This document shows, one piece after another, positions 47,136 through 58,358 of a stretch of DNA of 64,000 bases. The position numbers were made by a program, and so were the translations under genes. Under the pieces are notes generated by a model that saw only the letters and a program-made list of their open reading frames with translations, was not told the origin of the DNA and made no database searches. The stretch comes from a plasmid. Each line of letters opens with the position of its first letter. Within the stretch, counting starts at the first letter, position 1. The stretch lies in the sequence record NZ_CP044080.1. One strand, 5' to 3'.

Positions 47136-48106
47136 CCCTTCCCCCGCCAGGCACGAGGCCCGCCGTGATCCAGCAAGATGCCCAGACCGTCGCCGATATC
47201 CAGACCCAGATCATGCAAGCCACGGCCCCGCATTTGCGCGGGCAGCATCCCAAGATGCACGGCTGCGTCGCCGCCCTGTTCGAGGTCCTGCCGCTGCCGC
47301 CGCCGCTGGACCAGGGCCTGTTCGCCCGGCCCGCCCGGTTCGATGCGCTGGTGCGCCTTTCCAACGGCAGGGAAAGGGACGACCGCAAGCCGGATGCGCA
47401 TGGCATGGCGATCAAGCTGCTGGGTGTTGCGGGCGAAAAGGCCATGCCCGAGGCGCCCGAGGGCGAACAGGATTTCATCCTGGTGGACAACCCGGTGTTC
47501 TTCATTCGCAACGCGGCGGATTATGCCCGCTTCATGGCTCTGGTCGCTGCCGACAGGAAGGCGGAGTTCCTGGCCTATCTTCACCAGACCCACCCCGAGG
47601 ATGTTGCCGTGCTGACGTCATTCGCGCAGCACATCCAGGCCGACCCGCTGTCGGCGACCTACTGGGGACAGGTGCCCTATGCGCTGGGACCGGACCCCGC
47701 CACCGCCTGCCGCTATCGCGCGGTGCCGCGCGTGCCCGCCCCGGACGACAGCCCCGGCGCCACGCCCGATTACCTGCGCGAGCGGATGGTGGCGCGGCTG
47801 GCGCCCGAGGCGTCGCCGGTGGTCTATGACCTTCAGGTGCAACTGCGCCAGGACGCCGATGCGGCGGTGATCGAGAACCCGACCGTCGAATGGGACACCC
47901 CCTTCGTGACCGTCGGCACGCTGACCATTCCGCCCCAGGACTTCGATACGCCCGAACGCCGCGCCCGGGGCGAGGGCCTGCGCTTTTCGCCCTGGCACGC
48001 CCTGGCGGCGCATCGTCCCCTCGGAGAGATCAACGCCGTGCGGCGCGTGGTCTATCCGGCCAGCCAGGCGCTGCGCGCCGCCAGCAGCGGGAAGGCCGCG
48101 TCATGA
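47132..48106 (+). CDS. Catalase-related (small catalase-like) heme protein, possible fatty-acid hydroperoxide-converting enzyme
   Basis: 324 aa. HPKMHGCVAALFEV…ARFDALVRLSNG…DAHGMAIKL parallels the catalase core (HAKG-GAFGYFEV … RFSTV-G … DPRGFA-KF). Overlaps both neighbours by 4 nt. Confidence 0.6.
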   Translation: MTLPPPGTRPAVIQQDAQTVADIQTQIMQATAPHLRGQHPKMHGCVAALFEVLPLPPPLDQGLFARPARFDALVRLSNGRERDDRKPDAHGMAIKLLGVAGEKAMPEAPEGEQDFILVDNPVFFIRNAADYARFMALVAADRKAEFLAYLHQTHPEDVAVLTSFAQHIQADPLSATYWGQVPYALGPDPATACRYRAVPRVPAPDDSPGATPDYLRERMVARLAPEASPVVYDLQVQLRQDADAAVIENPTVEWDTPFVTVGTLTIPPQDFDTPERRARGEGLRFSPWHALAAHRPLGEINAVRRVVYPASQALRAASSGKAAS

Positions 48107-49749
48107 CCGCCACCGCCCGGCCCCACCCCCCGCGCGACACCTCGGCCGACGGCTGGGGCAACCGCCTGCAAGCCTATGCGCTAAGCCATTTTCCGGCGCT
48201 GTGGCGCGGCGTCATGGCGGTGCCGCCGCTGCGGCGCCTGGCCAACGACAAGATCGTGGACATGGCCGTGCGCCGTGCGCCCGCCCGCCCCATGGCCTTC
48301 GGCGCGATGACCGCGCGCGCAGACAGCGCGGCCAGTTGCAGCGCCGAATACACCTCGTGGGAAATGCTGACCGACCTGGGCTGGTACAAGCGCCACCTGC
48401 CGCAGGTTCCCCTGCGCACGGACCCGCCGCTTGACGACGTGGTCGCGCTGTTTCGGACCGATCCGGGCGGCGGCGTCCCGTCCGAGGACAGCAGCGTCCT
48501 TTTCATGTCCTTTGCGCAATGGTTCACCGACGGCTTCCTGATGACGGACGCGGTGGACCGGCGCCGCACCCACAGCAGCCACCAGATCGACCTGAATCCG
48601 CTTTACGGCCTGACGCGGGCCGAAACCGATGCGGTGCGCCTGCGCTCCGAGGAACGGGGGCGCCGCGGCCGGCTGAAGGTCGAGCGGATCAACGGCGAGG
48701 ACTTCGCGCCCCGGTATTACGACGACGCCGGCAACCCTCGCGCCGAATTCGGCGCGCTGCGCAAGCCGCTGCGTCTGGACGAATGGCGATCCAAGGCGCC
48801 ACCGGACCGGGACGAGGCGGTCAAGGCAACCCTGTTCGCCTTCGCGGGCGAGCGGGCGAACAGCACGCCTTATACCGCCATGCTGAACACGTTGTTCCTG
48901 CGCGAACACAACCGCCTAGCCGGCGTGATCGAGAAAGCCCACCCCGGCTGGGACGACGAGCGCGTGTTCCAGACCGCGCGCAACGTGACCATCGTCCTGC
49001 TGATCAAGATCGTGATCGAGGAATACATCAACCATATCTCGCCCTATCATTTCCAGCTGACCGCCGATCCGGCCGTCTGCTGGCGCAAGTACTGGAACCG
49101 GCAGAACTGGATTCCTTTGGAATTCAACATGCTTTATCGCTGGCACAGCCTGACGCCGGACCGCTTTGCCATAGCCGGTCAGGAGATCCTGGCAACTGAC
49201 CTGCTGTTCAATCACCAGCCGCTGGTCCAGCATGGGCTGAATGCAATGATGCAGGCGGCAAGCGACCAGCGCGCCCGCCAGATCGGGCTGTTCAACACGC
49301 CCGATTTCCTGATCCCCGTCGAGGCGAGCACCCTGCAGCAATCCCGAGACCAGCGGCTGGCCTCGTACAACGACTACCGGCAGGCCTTCGGCTATGGCCG
49401 GGTCAGGCGGTTCGACCAGATCACCGGGGATCCGCGCCGGATCGAGGCACTTCAGGCGCTTTACGGCGACGTGGATCAGGTCGAGTTCATGGTGGGACTG
49501 TTCGCCGAGGACATCTCGCCCCGCTCGGCGGTGCCGCCGCTGATCGGGCGGATGGTGGCTCTGGACGCCTTTTCGCAGGCGCTGACCAATCCCCTGATGG
49601 CGGAATGCGTGTTCACGCCGGCCACCTTTTCGGAACCCGGATGGCAGGCGATCCAGGAAACCCACCGCTTGCAGGACATTCTGGACCGCAACACGCCACC
49701 CGGGACGGCCCCGCCCCGGGTTACGATGACGCTGCCGCCCGCGACCTGA
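48103..49749 (+). CDS. Animal heme peroxidase superfamily protein, cyclooxygenase / fatty-acid dioxygenase-like
   Basis: 549 aa. SFAQWFTDGF (COX: FAQHFTHQF), HQIDLNPLYG (COX: GVDLGHIYG), AFAGERANSTPYTAMLNTLFLREHNRLA, TARNVTIVLLIKIVIEEYI and EFNMLYRWHSLTPD (COX: EFNTLYHWHPLLPD, holding the catalytic Tyr and proximal His) are all present. Confidence 0.8.
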   Translation: MTATARPHPPRDTSADGWGNRLQAYALSHFPALWRGVMAVPPLRRLANDKIVDMAVRRAPARPMAFGAMTARADSAASCSAEYTSWEMLTDLGWYKRHLPQVPLRTDPPLDDVVALFRTDPGGGVPSEDSSVLFMSFAQWFTDGFLMTDAVDRRRTHSSHQIDLNPLYGLTRAETDAVRLRSEERGRRGRLKVERINGEDFAPRYYDDAGNPRAEFGALRKPLRLDEWRSKAPPDRDEAVKATLFAFAGERANSTPYTAMLNTLFLREHNRLAGVIEKAHPGWDDERVFQTARNVTIVLLIKIVIEEYINHISPYHFQLTADPAVCWRKYWNRQNWIPLEFNMLYRWHSLTPDRFAIAGQEILATDLLFNHQPLVQHGLNAMMQAASDQRARQIGLFNTPDFLIPVEASTLQQSRDQRLASYNDYRQAFGYGRVRRFDQITGDPRRIEALQALYGDVDQVEFMVGLFAEDISPRSAVPPLIGRMVALDAFSQALTNPLMAECVFTPATFSEPGWQAIQETHRLQDILDRNTPPGTAPPRVTMTLPPAT

Positions 49750-49753
49750 GCGC

Positions 49754-49939
49754 TCAGTCGCCCTTGTGCTCGGGCTTGCCCTTGCGCTTGGTATGGGCCA
49801 TGTCCTTCAGCTCCTTCTCGGTCATGGACTTCTCCATTTCCCTGGACGCGCCGCGCAGTTCGCTTTTGGGCGTGTCCCCGCGCTTGGCCGACAGGGCGGC
49901 CCCTGCGGCCTTTTGCTGGGCCTTGGATTTGGCGGGCAT
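49754..49939 (-). CDS. DUF3008-family small lysine-rich protein
   Basis: 61 aa: MPAKSKAQQKAAGAALSAKRGDTPKSELRGASREMEKSMTEKELKDMAHTKRKGKPEHKGD. Confidence 0.55.
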   Translation of the reverse strand: MPAKSKAQQKAAGAALSAKRGDTPKSELRGASREMEKSMTEKELKDMAHTKRKGKPEHKGD

Positions 49940-49959
49940 GGCTTTGCTCCTGTTCCGAC

Positions 49960-50271
49960 TCAGCCGCGCTTGGCGCGAGCCGTTTCGGCGTTCAGATAGG
50001 GGGTCGGGCCGTCGTCGCCCTTGAGCATCGACTGCTCGACCTCGTCGGTCGAGGGTTCGGAGTTGCTGGCAAGGTCGATGCCGCTGACGGCGGCGGCCGA
50101 TGCGGCTGCGGCCGGATCCTCGGCGGTGCTGTCGGATTGCGCCGGGTCCGATCCGTCCTGCAACTCCTGTCGGGCGCGGCTCCAATGGTCCTCGGCGCGG
50201 CCCTCGGGGCGCCCCTCCTCTTCCCAAAGCTGATGGGCGCGCTGGCGGATCCTGTCTTCTTCCTGGTCCAT
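49960..50271 (-). CDS. DUF2934-family small protein
   Basis: MDQEEDRIRQRAHQLWEEEGRPEGRAEDHWSRARQEL is the DUF2934 signature. It has an acidic low-complexity tail. Confidence 0.55.
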   Translation of the reverse strand: MDQEEDRIRQRAHQLWEEEGRPEGRAEDHWSRARQELQDGSDPAQSDSTAEDPAAAASAAAVSGIDLASNSEPSTDEVEQSMLKGDDGPTPYLNAETARAKRG

Positions 50272-50289
50272 GGTCTCTCCTCCTCGGGG

Positions 50290-52347
<2,058 letters not shown>

Positions 52348-52361
52348 TCCTGTCACTCCGT

Positions 52362-53489
52362 TCAAGCCACGATGCGGCGGGTCGGGACGGCGACCGGCGC
52401 CATCAGCCGTCGCGTCGCCTCGCGCCGGTCCAGCATGGCCTGGGTGACAAGGGTGGTGCCCTGCGCATCGCGGCGGAACCAGGGCAGGTCGTCGTCCGGG
52501 TCCTCGCCCGCCACCAGCCCCGGCGGGATGCGCGTTCCGGGCGCGACGATGCAGTTGACCAGCCGGGCCGAGGCGGGGACCCACGCCCCCGGCATCATGA
52601 TGCTGCCCCGTCCCAGGGACCATTCCGCCTGAGGCGCATCCTGCGGCAGCCGGGCGGGTGCCCGGTCAAGAAAATCCAGATGCGCGCGGCGCAGCGCCGT
52701 CAGCGTGCCCACGTCGCGCCAATAGCTTTCGCCCGACGGGCCGGGGGGCAGGCGAAAGGCCGCGGCCTCGCCCCGGGCCACGGCCTCGGGGATCAGATCG
52801 TGGCCGAAATCCAGCGCCTCCGGCTGGCCGCTCAGGCGGTCGCGCAACCAGGCCGCGTCGAACAGATAGATCCCCATCGACACCAGGGCGCTGTCGGACT
52901 GACCCGGCATGGCCGGCGGATCGGCAGGCTTTTCCAGGAAGGCGGTGACGCGCCCGCCGTCATCGACCTGCATCACGCCAAAGCCCTGCGCGTCGAGCCG
53001 GGGAACGACGTCGACGGCGATGGTGACGGCGGCGCCCGAGCGTTCGTGGGCCTGCACGAGCGCGCCATAGTCCATGTCATAGATATGATCGGCGGCCAGC
53101 ACCAGGACGTGGTCCGGCCCGCATGACTCAATCCGGGACCAGTTGCAGCGCACGGCATCGGCCGTGCCGCGATAAAGCCCGCGCCCGTCGCTCAGTTCGA
53201 TCCCTCCGGCCGGGAAATGGCGGCCCCAGCGCTCCGGCAGGTGACGATGCAGCGTCGCGGGGGCGAATTGCGTGGCGACCACCAGGCGTTCCAGCCCCGA
53301 GCGCACCACGTTGGCCATGACAAAATCGACGATCCGGTTGCGGCCCGCAAAGGGCACGGCGGGCTTGCTTTCGTTCGTCGTCAGCTCATGCAGCCGGGAC
53401 CCCTGCCCCCCGGCCAGCAGGAGGGTCGCCGTAGAGTTCTGGGAAAGACGGGAACGGGTGGCAGGCAGACAGGCAAATGAATCGGTCAC
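52362..53489 (-). CDS. glgC: Glucose-1-phosphate adenylyltransferase GlgC (divergent)
   Basis: 375 aa. LLLAGGQGSRLHELTTNESKPAVPFAGRNRIVDFVMANV…YRGTADAV…LAADHIYDMDY…EKPADPP…SMGIYLF…YWRDVGT aligns along the full length of GlgC. Confidence 0.85.
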   Translation of the reverse strand: MTDSFACLPATRSRLSQNSTATLLLAGGQGSRLHELTTNESKPAVPFAGRNRIVDFVMANVVRSGLERLVVATQFAPATLHRHLPERWGRHFPAGGIELSDGRGLYRGTADAVRCNWSRIESCGPDHVLVLAADHIYDMDYGALVQAHERSGAAVTIAVDVVPRLDAQGFGVMQVDDGGRVTAFLEKPADPPAMPGQSDSALVSMGIYLFDAAWLRDRLSGQPEALDFGHDLIPEAVARGEAAAFRLPPGPSGESYWRDVGTLTALRRAHLDFLDRAPARLPQDAPQAEWSLGRGSIMMPGAWVPASARLVNCIVAPGTRIPPGLVAGEDPDDDLPWFRRDAQGTTLVTQAMLDRREATRRLMAPVAVPTRRIVA

Positions 53490-53649
53490 CGGCGAATTCC
53501 TTTGGCTTGGGGCTGAACCGCCGGCGAACCGACGGACAACCGCGCAACCCCTGTGTGAACCGCCTGTTCCCTGAAGCTATCAAATGTTTATCAGGTTTGC
53601 GTGACCCCCGGGATAGTCCCGAGGGTCGAGGGCAAGACTGTCCCGGACG

Positions 53650-54834
53650 TCAGGCGACTTCGGCAGGCGTCGGCGCGGGTTGTGCCGCCGCTGCAATGTC
53701 CTCGAGCCAAGCCACGGGCTTGAGGCCGGTACCGCGCAGGAATTCGATGTAGCGGGCGCATTTCATGGCCCGGAAACGGTCGTATTCCGCGCCGTCGAAC
53801 TTGACGAGCTGCTTGAGCCGCGCACGGGTCAGGGGCTGCTTGAGGTCCTGGGCCCGCAGATAGGGCACCCCGGTTTCGCGGCACATCTCTTCGGTGCGGG
53901 TGTCGATGGTGACGGTGCAGGCCATGCGTTCCGCCTGGATCGCCAACTGCGCCCCATGGAAGCGCGGGCCGATCAGCAGATCATGGCGGCGCAGCTCGTC
54001 CATCCAGGCAGCCACATCGTAATAGGATCGCGCATAGTTCCGCGCCCAGTCCTTGAACTGGTCGAGGGTGTAATGGGGGACGGTGTGGCGGTGGATGCGA
54101 GCCAGGGCATCGGGCTCGATCTCGTCGAACAACCCGCGCGAGATCTTGATCATGTTGCCCATCGACTGGACGATGTAGACGCCGGGGAACTGCGGGTCCA
54201 TCATCATGGCGATCAGCTGCTGCTCGATCTCACGCGTGTCGCGCCAGCTTTCGTGCCCACCTGCGACGGTGATCCGCTGCGGCAGGGGGTTCGCCTCCCA
54301 GTTCGCCTGGATGCGGCGCCCCAGGTCGGGCCGGGGGTTGATGAAATGGGAAGGGCAGCCGTTCGCCAGAGTATCGGCGCCGGTCAGCTTCTTGATCTGT
54401 TCCGAGGTGTAGGGGCCCCGGGTATAGATGTTCTGGATGCCGTGCTTGCGCCCGTTCTCGATCAGAACGTCAAGCCAGGCGCGGGTGCCCTCGGTCAGCT
54501 CGACGTCTGCGCCGAACTCTGGTGCCTGCGCACCAAGCCCGATGGCGACGATGGGCTTTTCGACCTGCGCCAAATTTTTGGCCAGCCCACCCAACTCAGT
54601 GTGCTTGCCAAGCTGGTTAGCGCCGGGAAAAACAACGAAGTCGACGCGCTCGTTCAGAACCTCTCGCTTGGTATGCCAAGGGAAATACTCGATCTCGGCA
54701 TCAATCTGGCTTTTGATAGCATGAACAAAAGCCAAGTTGCCGTTGTTGTGCCCGACTTGCCTGTAAAGGGTGTTGAAATTGGTGTTCGCGTAAAGCCCGC
54801 AGTTTTCGCTTTCCCACAAAAGGCCGATCTTCAT
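53650..54834 (-). CDS. Polysaccharide pyruvyl transferase-like protein (tentative), lower-GC gene
   Basis: 394 aa. MKIGLLWESENCGLYANTNFNTLYRQVGHNNGNLAFVHAIKSQI…VDFVVFPGANQLG resembles PS_pyruv_trans N-termini. GC is about 52-55% against a ~68% background. Confidence 0.45.
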   Translation of the reverse strand: MKIGLLWESENCGLYANTNFNTLYRQVGHNNGNLAFVHAIKSQIDAEIEYFPWHTKREVLNERVDFVVFPGANQLGKHTELGGLAKNLAQVEKPIVAIGLGAQAPEFGADVELTEGTRAWLDVLIENGRKHGIQNIYTRGPYTSEQIKKLTGADTLANGCPSHFINPRPDLGRRIQANWEANPLPQRITVAGGHESWRDTREIEQQLIAMMMDPQFPGVYIVQSMGNMIKISRGLFDEIEPDALARIHRHTVPHYTLDQFKDWARNYARSYYDVAAWMDELRRHDLLIGPRFHGAQLAIQAERMACTVTIDTRTEEMCRETGVPYLRAQDLKQPLTRARLKQLVKFDGAEYDRFRAMKCARYIEFLRGTGLKPVAWLEDIAAAAQPAPTPAEVA

Positions 54835-54934
54835 TCTCGCGTCTCCTTATAGATTGCGATCCGGGTTGCCGTGGCGCGCGTCGCCAGCGGTTGCTTTATT
54901 GTTTTGAATTGCCATCTCACCCGATTCCGGACCT

Positions 54935-56191
54935 TCACGCCGCCCCCTCGCGCAGGACCCGCGCCGGGGTCAAGCCGCAGGCCTCCACCCACTCGGCGTG
55001 GAAGCCAGCAAGGTCCAGCGGCGGGGTGATCCGGGCCTTGTGGTCGCGCAGCACATCGGGGCGGGCGTGGACCGACAAAATCGCCTGGGCCAGCGACGCG
55101 GGGTCGGCGGTGCGGAACGGGATGCCCCAGCCTGCGGTCTTCTCGGCCATGCCGCCGATGTCCGAGGCGATCATGGGCGTGACCGCCGCGCGCGCCTCCT
55201 GGATCACCACGGGGCTGTTCTCCCACCACACCGAGGGAATGACGATCCAGCCGTAGCCCCGCATGATGTCGACGCAATCCTGCGGGCGATAGCGGCCGCG
55301 AAAGCGCACACAGTCGGGAATTTCCAGCTTGGGCCAGAGCCGGGTGAAGCCTTCTTCGTCGACGCCGTGGATCTCGATGTCCAGGGGCACCTCGGTCTCG
55401 GGCATGCCGGCCTCGATCAGGGCGGCAGCCCGGATCAGCACGTCCAGGCCCTTGGTCGGCGTGGCCTGGCCGAAGAAGGCGAAGCGGCCGGACTTGGCCA
55501 GCAGCTCGGCCTCGGTCTCGGGGGGGTATTCGGCGTGGTGGTCCAGGCCGTTCTCGATCACCGCGATGCGGCCGGGCGCGATGCCCCAGTCCTCGAAGCG
55601 GTCGCGCAGGAACTCGCTGGGCGACAACAGGTGGTCGAACAGGTCCAGCATCTCGATCATGCGCGCCTTGCGCAGCACGAAATCGACCGGCGGCCGGCCG
55701 AGGCAGGCTGCGCAGGCCACCTCGGCCGAGGCATGGCACAGTTCGCCCGAACGCTTGACCATCTGGCCGTGATTGGCGCAGATCGCCGTCAACTCGTGCA
55801 GGGTGCAGATGAACCGCGCCTTGGGCAGGGCCGCGCGAAGCCGCCGGATGGTGCCCGCGCCGATGTTCCAGAAATGATGAAAGTGATAGACCTCGGCCTG
55901 GAAGGCGGACAGGAATTCGACGATCCAGTCCTCGTCCTCGATCCGGGCCTGCTCCATCTGGAAGGCGTCCATGCCGCGCCCCTGCAGGCAGAAGTCGCGC
56001 GGGTCGAAGCTGATGACCTGCTGGCCGGGGCCGAAGAACTTGGCGCTGTCCTCGGGACCGATGGTCGAGCCGACGAAATAGGCGTCCTCGCCCAGGGACA
56101 GCAGGTGCTGGAACTGGCGATAGGCCGCAACTTCGCCGCCGCCGTAGCGCAGGTTCGGGTGGGAATGGGATACAACGACGATCCGGGTCAT
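54935..56191 (-). CDS. Glycosyltransferase family 4 (GT-B, GT1 clan)
   Basis: Start at MTRIVVVSHSHPNLRYGGGEVAAYRQ within ORF 54935..57181. The C-terminal half has the EX7E-type motif region (…VIPSVWWENSPVVIQEARAAVTPMIASDIGGMAE…). Confidence 0.75.
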   Translation of the reverse strand: MTRIVVVSHSHPNLRYGGGEVAAYRQFQHLLSLGEDAYFVGSTIGPEDSAKFFGPGQQVISFDPRDFCLQGRGMDAFQMEQARIEDEDWIVEFLSAFQAEVYHFHHFWNIGAGTIRRLRAALPKARFICTLHELTAICANHGQMVKRSGELCHASAEVACAACLGRPPVDFVLRKARMIEMLDLFDHLLSPSEFLRDRFEDWGIAPGRIAVIENGLDHHAEYPPETEAELLAKSGRFAFFGQATPTKGLDVLIRAAALIEAGMPETEVPLDIEIHGVDEEGFTRLWPKLEIPDCVRFRGRYRPQDCVDIMRGYGWIVIPSVWWENSPVVIQEARAAVTPMIASDIGGMAEKTAGWGIPFRTADPASLAQAILSVHARPDVLRDHKARITPPLDLAGFHAEWVEACGLTPARVLREGAA

Positions 56192-57747
56192 GCGGCAGAC
56201 AACGCCTCCATCAAAGCGCGGCTTTCCGCGTCGAACGTGTGCAGGTCCAGCCCGCCGGGCAGGGGCTGGTTCAGGGGGCCGGATTTGCCCGCGAAATGCC
56301 GCGTCGGGGCGAGCCCCTCGGCATGGGCCGCGCCGGCGCCCAGCAGGTGGCGCGCGATGTCGCGCAGACGCGCCTCCTCGGTCAGGTAGGCGCGCGGAGC
56401 CTGGGCCAGCAGCGGCCTCAGCAGGGCGGTCGGCGCGCTGAGCGCGAAGGCCAGCTGGTCGCGCAGGAAGCGCTGCCCGGGATCGCCCCCCGCCACGGCA
56501 AAGATCGGGTCCAGGATCGACAGCTGCACCGGCTGGCGCCGCAGGGTCGCGTCGAACACGCGCGCATCCTCGTCCAGCTGGAACAGGGTCGAACTGCGGC
56601 CGTAAAGCGCCAGTTCGGCCATCGGCGCCTCGCGGTCCAGCGCCATGCCGGTGCCGCGCAGGACCAGCCCCTGGGGCAGGTCGCGCTGCGCGCCCTCGAC
56701 CGCGGCGGCCAGGGAACGGGTCAGGCCGGGGCGCAGCAGGAACAGTTCGAGCGGCCGGTCCAGCCGCAGGCCCACGCGGCGCAGCACATCTCGCAGGTCC
56801 GCATCCGGCAGATCGTGGTCCAGGACCAGCAGCACCCGACCCGCCCGAACCGGCGCCACCCCGGACGGCGGCTGCCAGGCGGGCAGAGGCTCCAGCATGG
56901 CGCGGCGCAAGCGCGTCTGGCGGGTGGGGTCGGGCAGTTCCAGCTGGACCTGACAGGTCTGGATCGCCAGCGCGGCCGCGGGGGTGGGTTCGGCGGCGAC
57001 AAGGACGCCCGCGGCGGCATGCTGGCCAGGGATCAGGAACAGCACGCGCACCGGGCCGCTGGCAGGCTCGGCCAGAAGGAAGCTGCCGCAGAACCCGTCC
57101 GTCCCGCTGAAGCGATAGCGCGTGGCATAGGGTTGCAGGTCCGCGCGCGGCAGCGCACCGGGCATCAGTTCGACCCGGCACAGCTGCCGGTCGTCCATGG
57201 CCAGGGCGGTCAGCGCCTCGGTCTGGCCCTGGGCCGGCATGAACCAGCCCGAAACCAGCCCCTGCCCCGCCTCGCCCACCAGGCAGCGGTCGGTACCCAG
57301 ACCGAAATCGTCGCTTTCGCGCGCGAGCAGCGGCGCAAAGCGCAGCCGGGTCATCACCGCCTGCGCCGTCTCGCCCTTGGGCGCGGTCAGCGTGCCCTGC
57401 CCGACAAGGCGCAGCCAGGCGAAGAAGACCTCGTCCACGCCGACCTCGATCAGGCGCAGCTCGTCCGTCACCAGCCGTTCGGGCGAAAGCTCGGTGAACT
57501 CGTGCCCGGTCCTGAGATGGATCGCGGCGTTTCCGGGCAGGTCCAGCCCGCCAAGGTCGAAGACCGCCAGATACCCCATCGGCTCGGCCGTGCGCAGGTC
57601 GCGCCGGGCATGGCGCGTGACCAGCACGGGCGACAGCCGCGCATCCTCGGCATGAAGTTCGAGGTCAAGCCAGGGGTCTGCGCTCCAGCCTGCCAGGACA
57701 AGGATGGCCCGGGCGTCGGCAAAGCAGAAATCCATGTTCAGGCCCAT
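56188..57747 (-). CDS. Hypothetical protein (519 aa) in the glycan operon
   Basis: Start chosen at MGLNMDFCFADARAILVLAGW within ORF 56188..58101. No family was recognised. Overlaps the downstream GT4 gene by 4 nt. Confidence 0.5.
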   Translation of the reverse strand: MGLNMDFCFADARAILVLAGWSADPWLDLELHAEDARLSPVLVTRHARRDLRTAEPMGYLAVFDLGGLDLPGNAAIHLRTGHEFTELSPERLVTDELRLIEVGVDEVFFAWLRLVGQGTLTAPKGETAQAVMTRLRFAPLLARESDDFGLGTDRCLVGEAGQGLVSGWFMPAQGQTEALTALAMDDRQLCRVELMPGALPRADLQPYATRYRFSGTDGFCGSFLLAEPASGPVRVLFLIPGQHAAAGVLVAAEPTPAAALAIQTCQVQLELPDPTRQTRLRRAMLEPLPAWQPPSGVAPVRAGRVLLVLDHDLPDADLRDVLRRVGLRLDRPLELFLLRPGLTRSLAAAVEGAQRDLPQGLVLRGTGMALDREAPMAELALYGRSSTLFQLDEDARVFDATLRRQPVQLSILDPIFAVAGGDPGQRFLRDQLAFALSAPTALLRPLLAQAPRAYLTEEARLRDIARHLLGAGAAHAEGLAPTRHFAGKSGPLNQPLPGGLDLHTFDAESRALMEALSAA

Positions 57748-57800
57748 GTCCAGGCTCCTTCCGTCGGGCAAGGCCATGCCGGGGCATGGCCGTGCCGGGT

Positions 57801-58358
57801 TCAGATCAGGGTCAGCGCCAGACCGCTCAGGACCAGCCGCTGGGCCGGTTGGCGCAGGTGGATGATGACGCGGCGGCCGGTCGCCTCCTCGTCCGCGGCG
57901 GGCAGGTCCAGGCTGCACAGCGACACGGAATCCTGCTGGATGCGCCATTCGACATGGCCGCTGTCCTGCGCCTCGCCCTCGGCATCGAAGCTGCGCAGGA
58001 AGACATCGGCGACCAGCGGCACCTCGCCATGGGCCTGACATTCGATGAAGCATTTGCGCGCGATGACGCCATCGGGCAGCGGCGCTTCCAGCGTCATCCA
58101 CTGCAGGCCGGCGCTGCGCAGTTCGACGGCATGGGCATCGCTGGCCACGGGCAGCACGTCGCAGCGCGTCCCGCCGGGAACGCAGGCGCCAAAGGCGGCG
58201 GTGACGGTGTTGTAGCCGCCCGACAGGCTAAGCTTGGGCCGGCCGACCATGGCGGCATGGACCTCGGCCACGAGGTCCAGCCGGTTGGATTGCAACGCGG
58301 TCAGGACCGCGGCGGCGGCTTCGTAATTGCGAACCGCAGCAGCGTAGATCGTCGTCAA
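57801..58358 (-). CDS. Hypothetical protein (185 aa) in the glycan operon
   Basis: MTTIYAAAVRNYEAAAAVLTALQSNRLDLVAEVHAAMVGRPKLSLSGGYNTV…. No family was recognised. Overlaps the upstream gene by 4 nt. Confidence 0.5.
   Translation of the reverse strand: MTTIYAAAVRNYEAAAAVLTALQSNRLDLVAEVHAAMVGRPKLSLSGGYNTVTAAFGACVPGGTRCDVLPVASDAHAVELRSAGLQWMTLEAPLPDGVIARKCFIECQAHGEVPLVADVFLRSFDAEGEAQDSGHVEWRIQQDSVSLCSLDLPAADEEATGRRVIIHLRQPAQRLVLSGLALTLI

Noticed and set aside
52362-53489. Treating glgC as part of the upstream glycan operon
   Set aside because: A 160-bp intergenic gap with promoter-like low-GC sequence separates them. glgC pairs functionally with glgX downstream, so the two are kept as separate transcription units.
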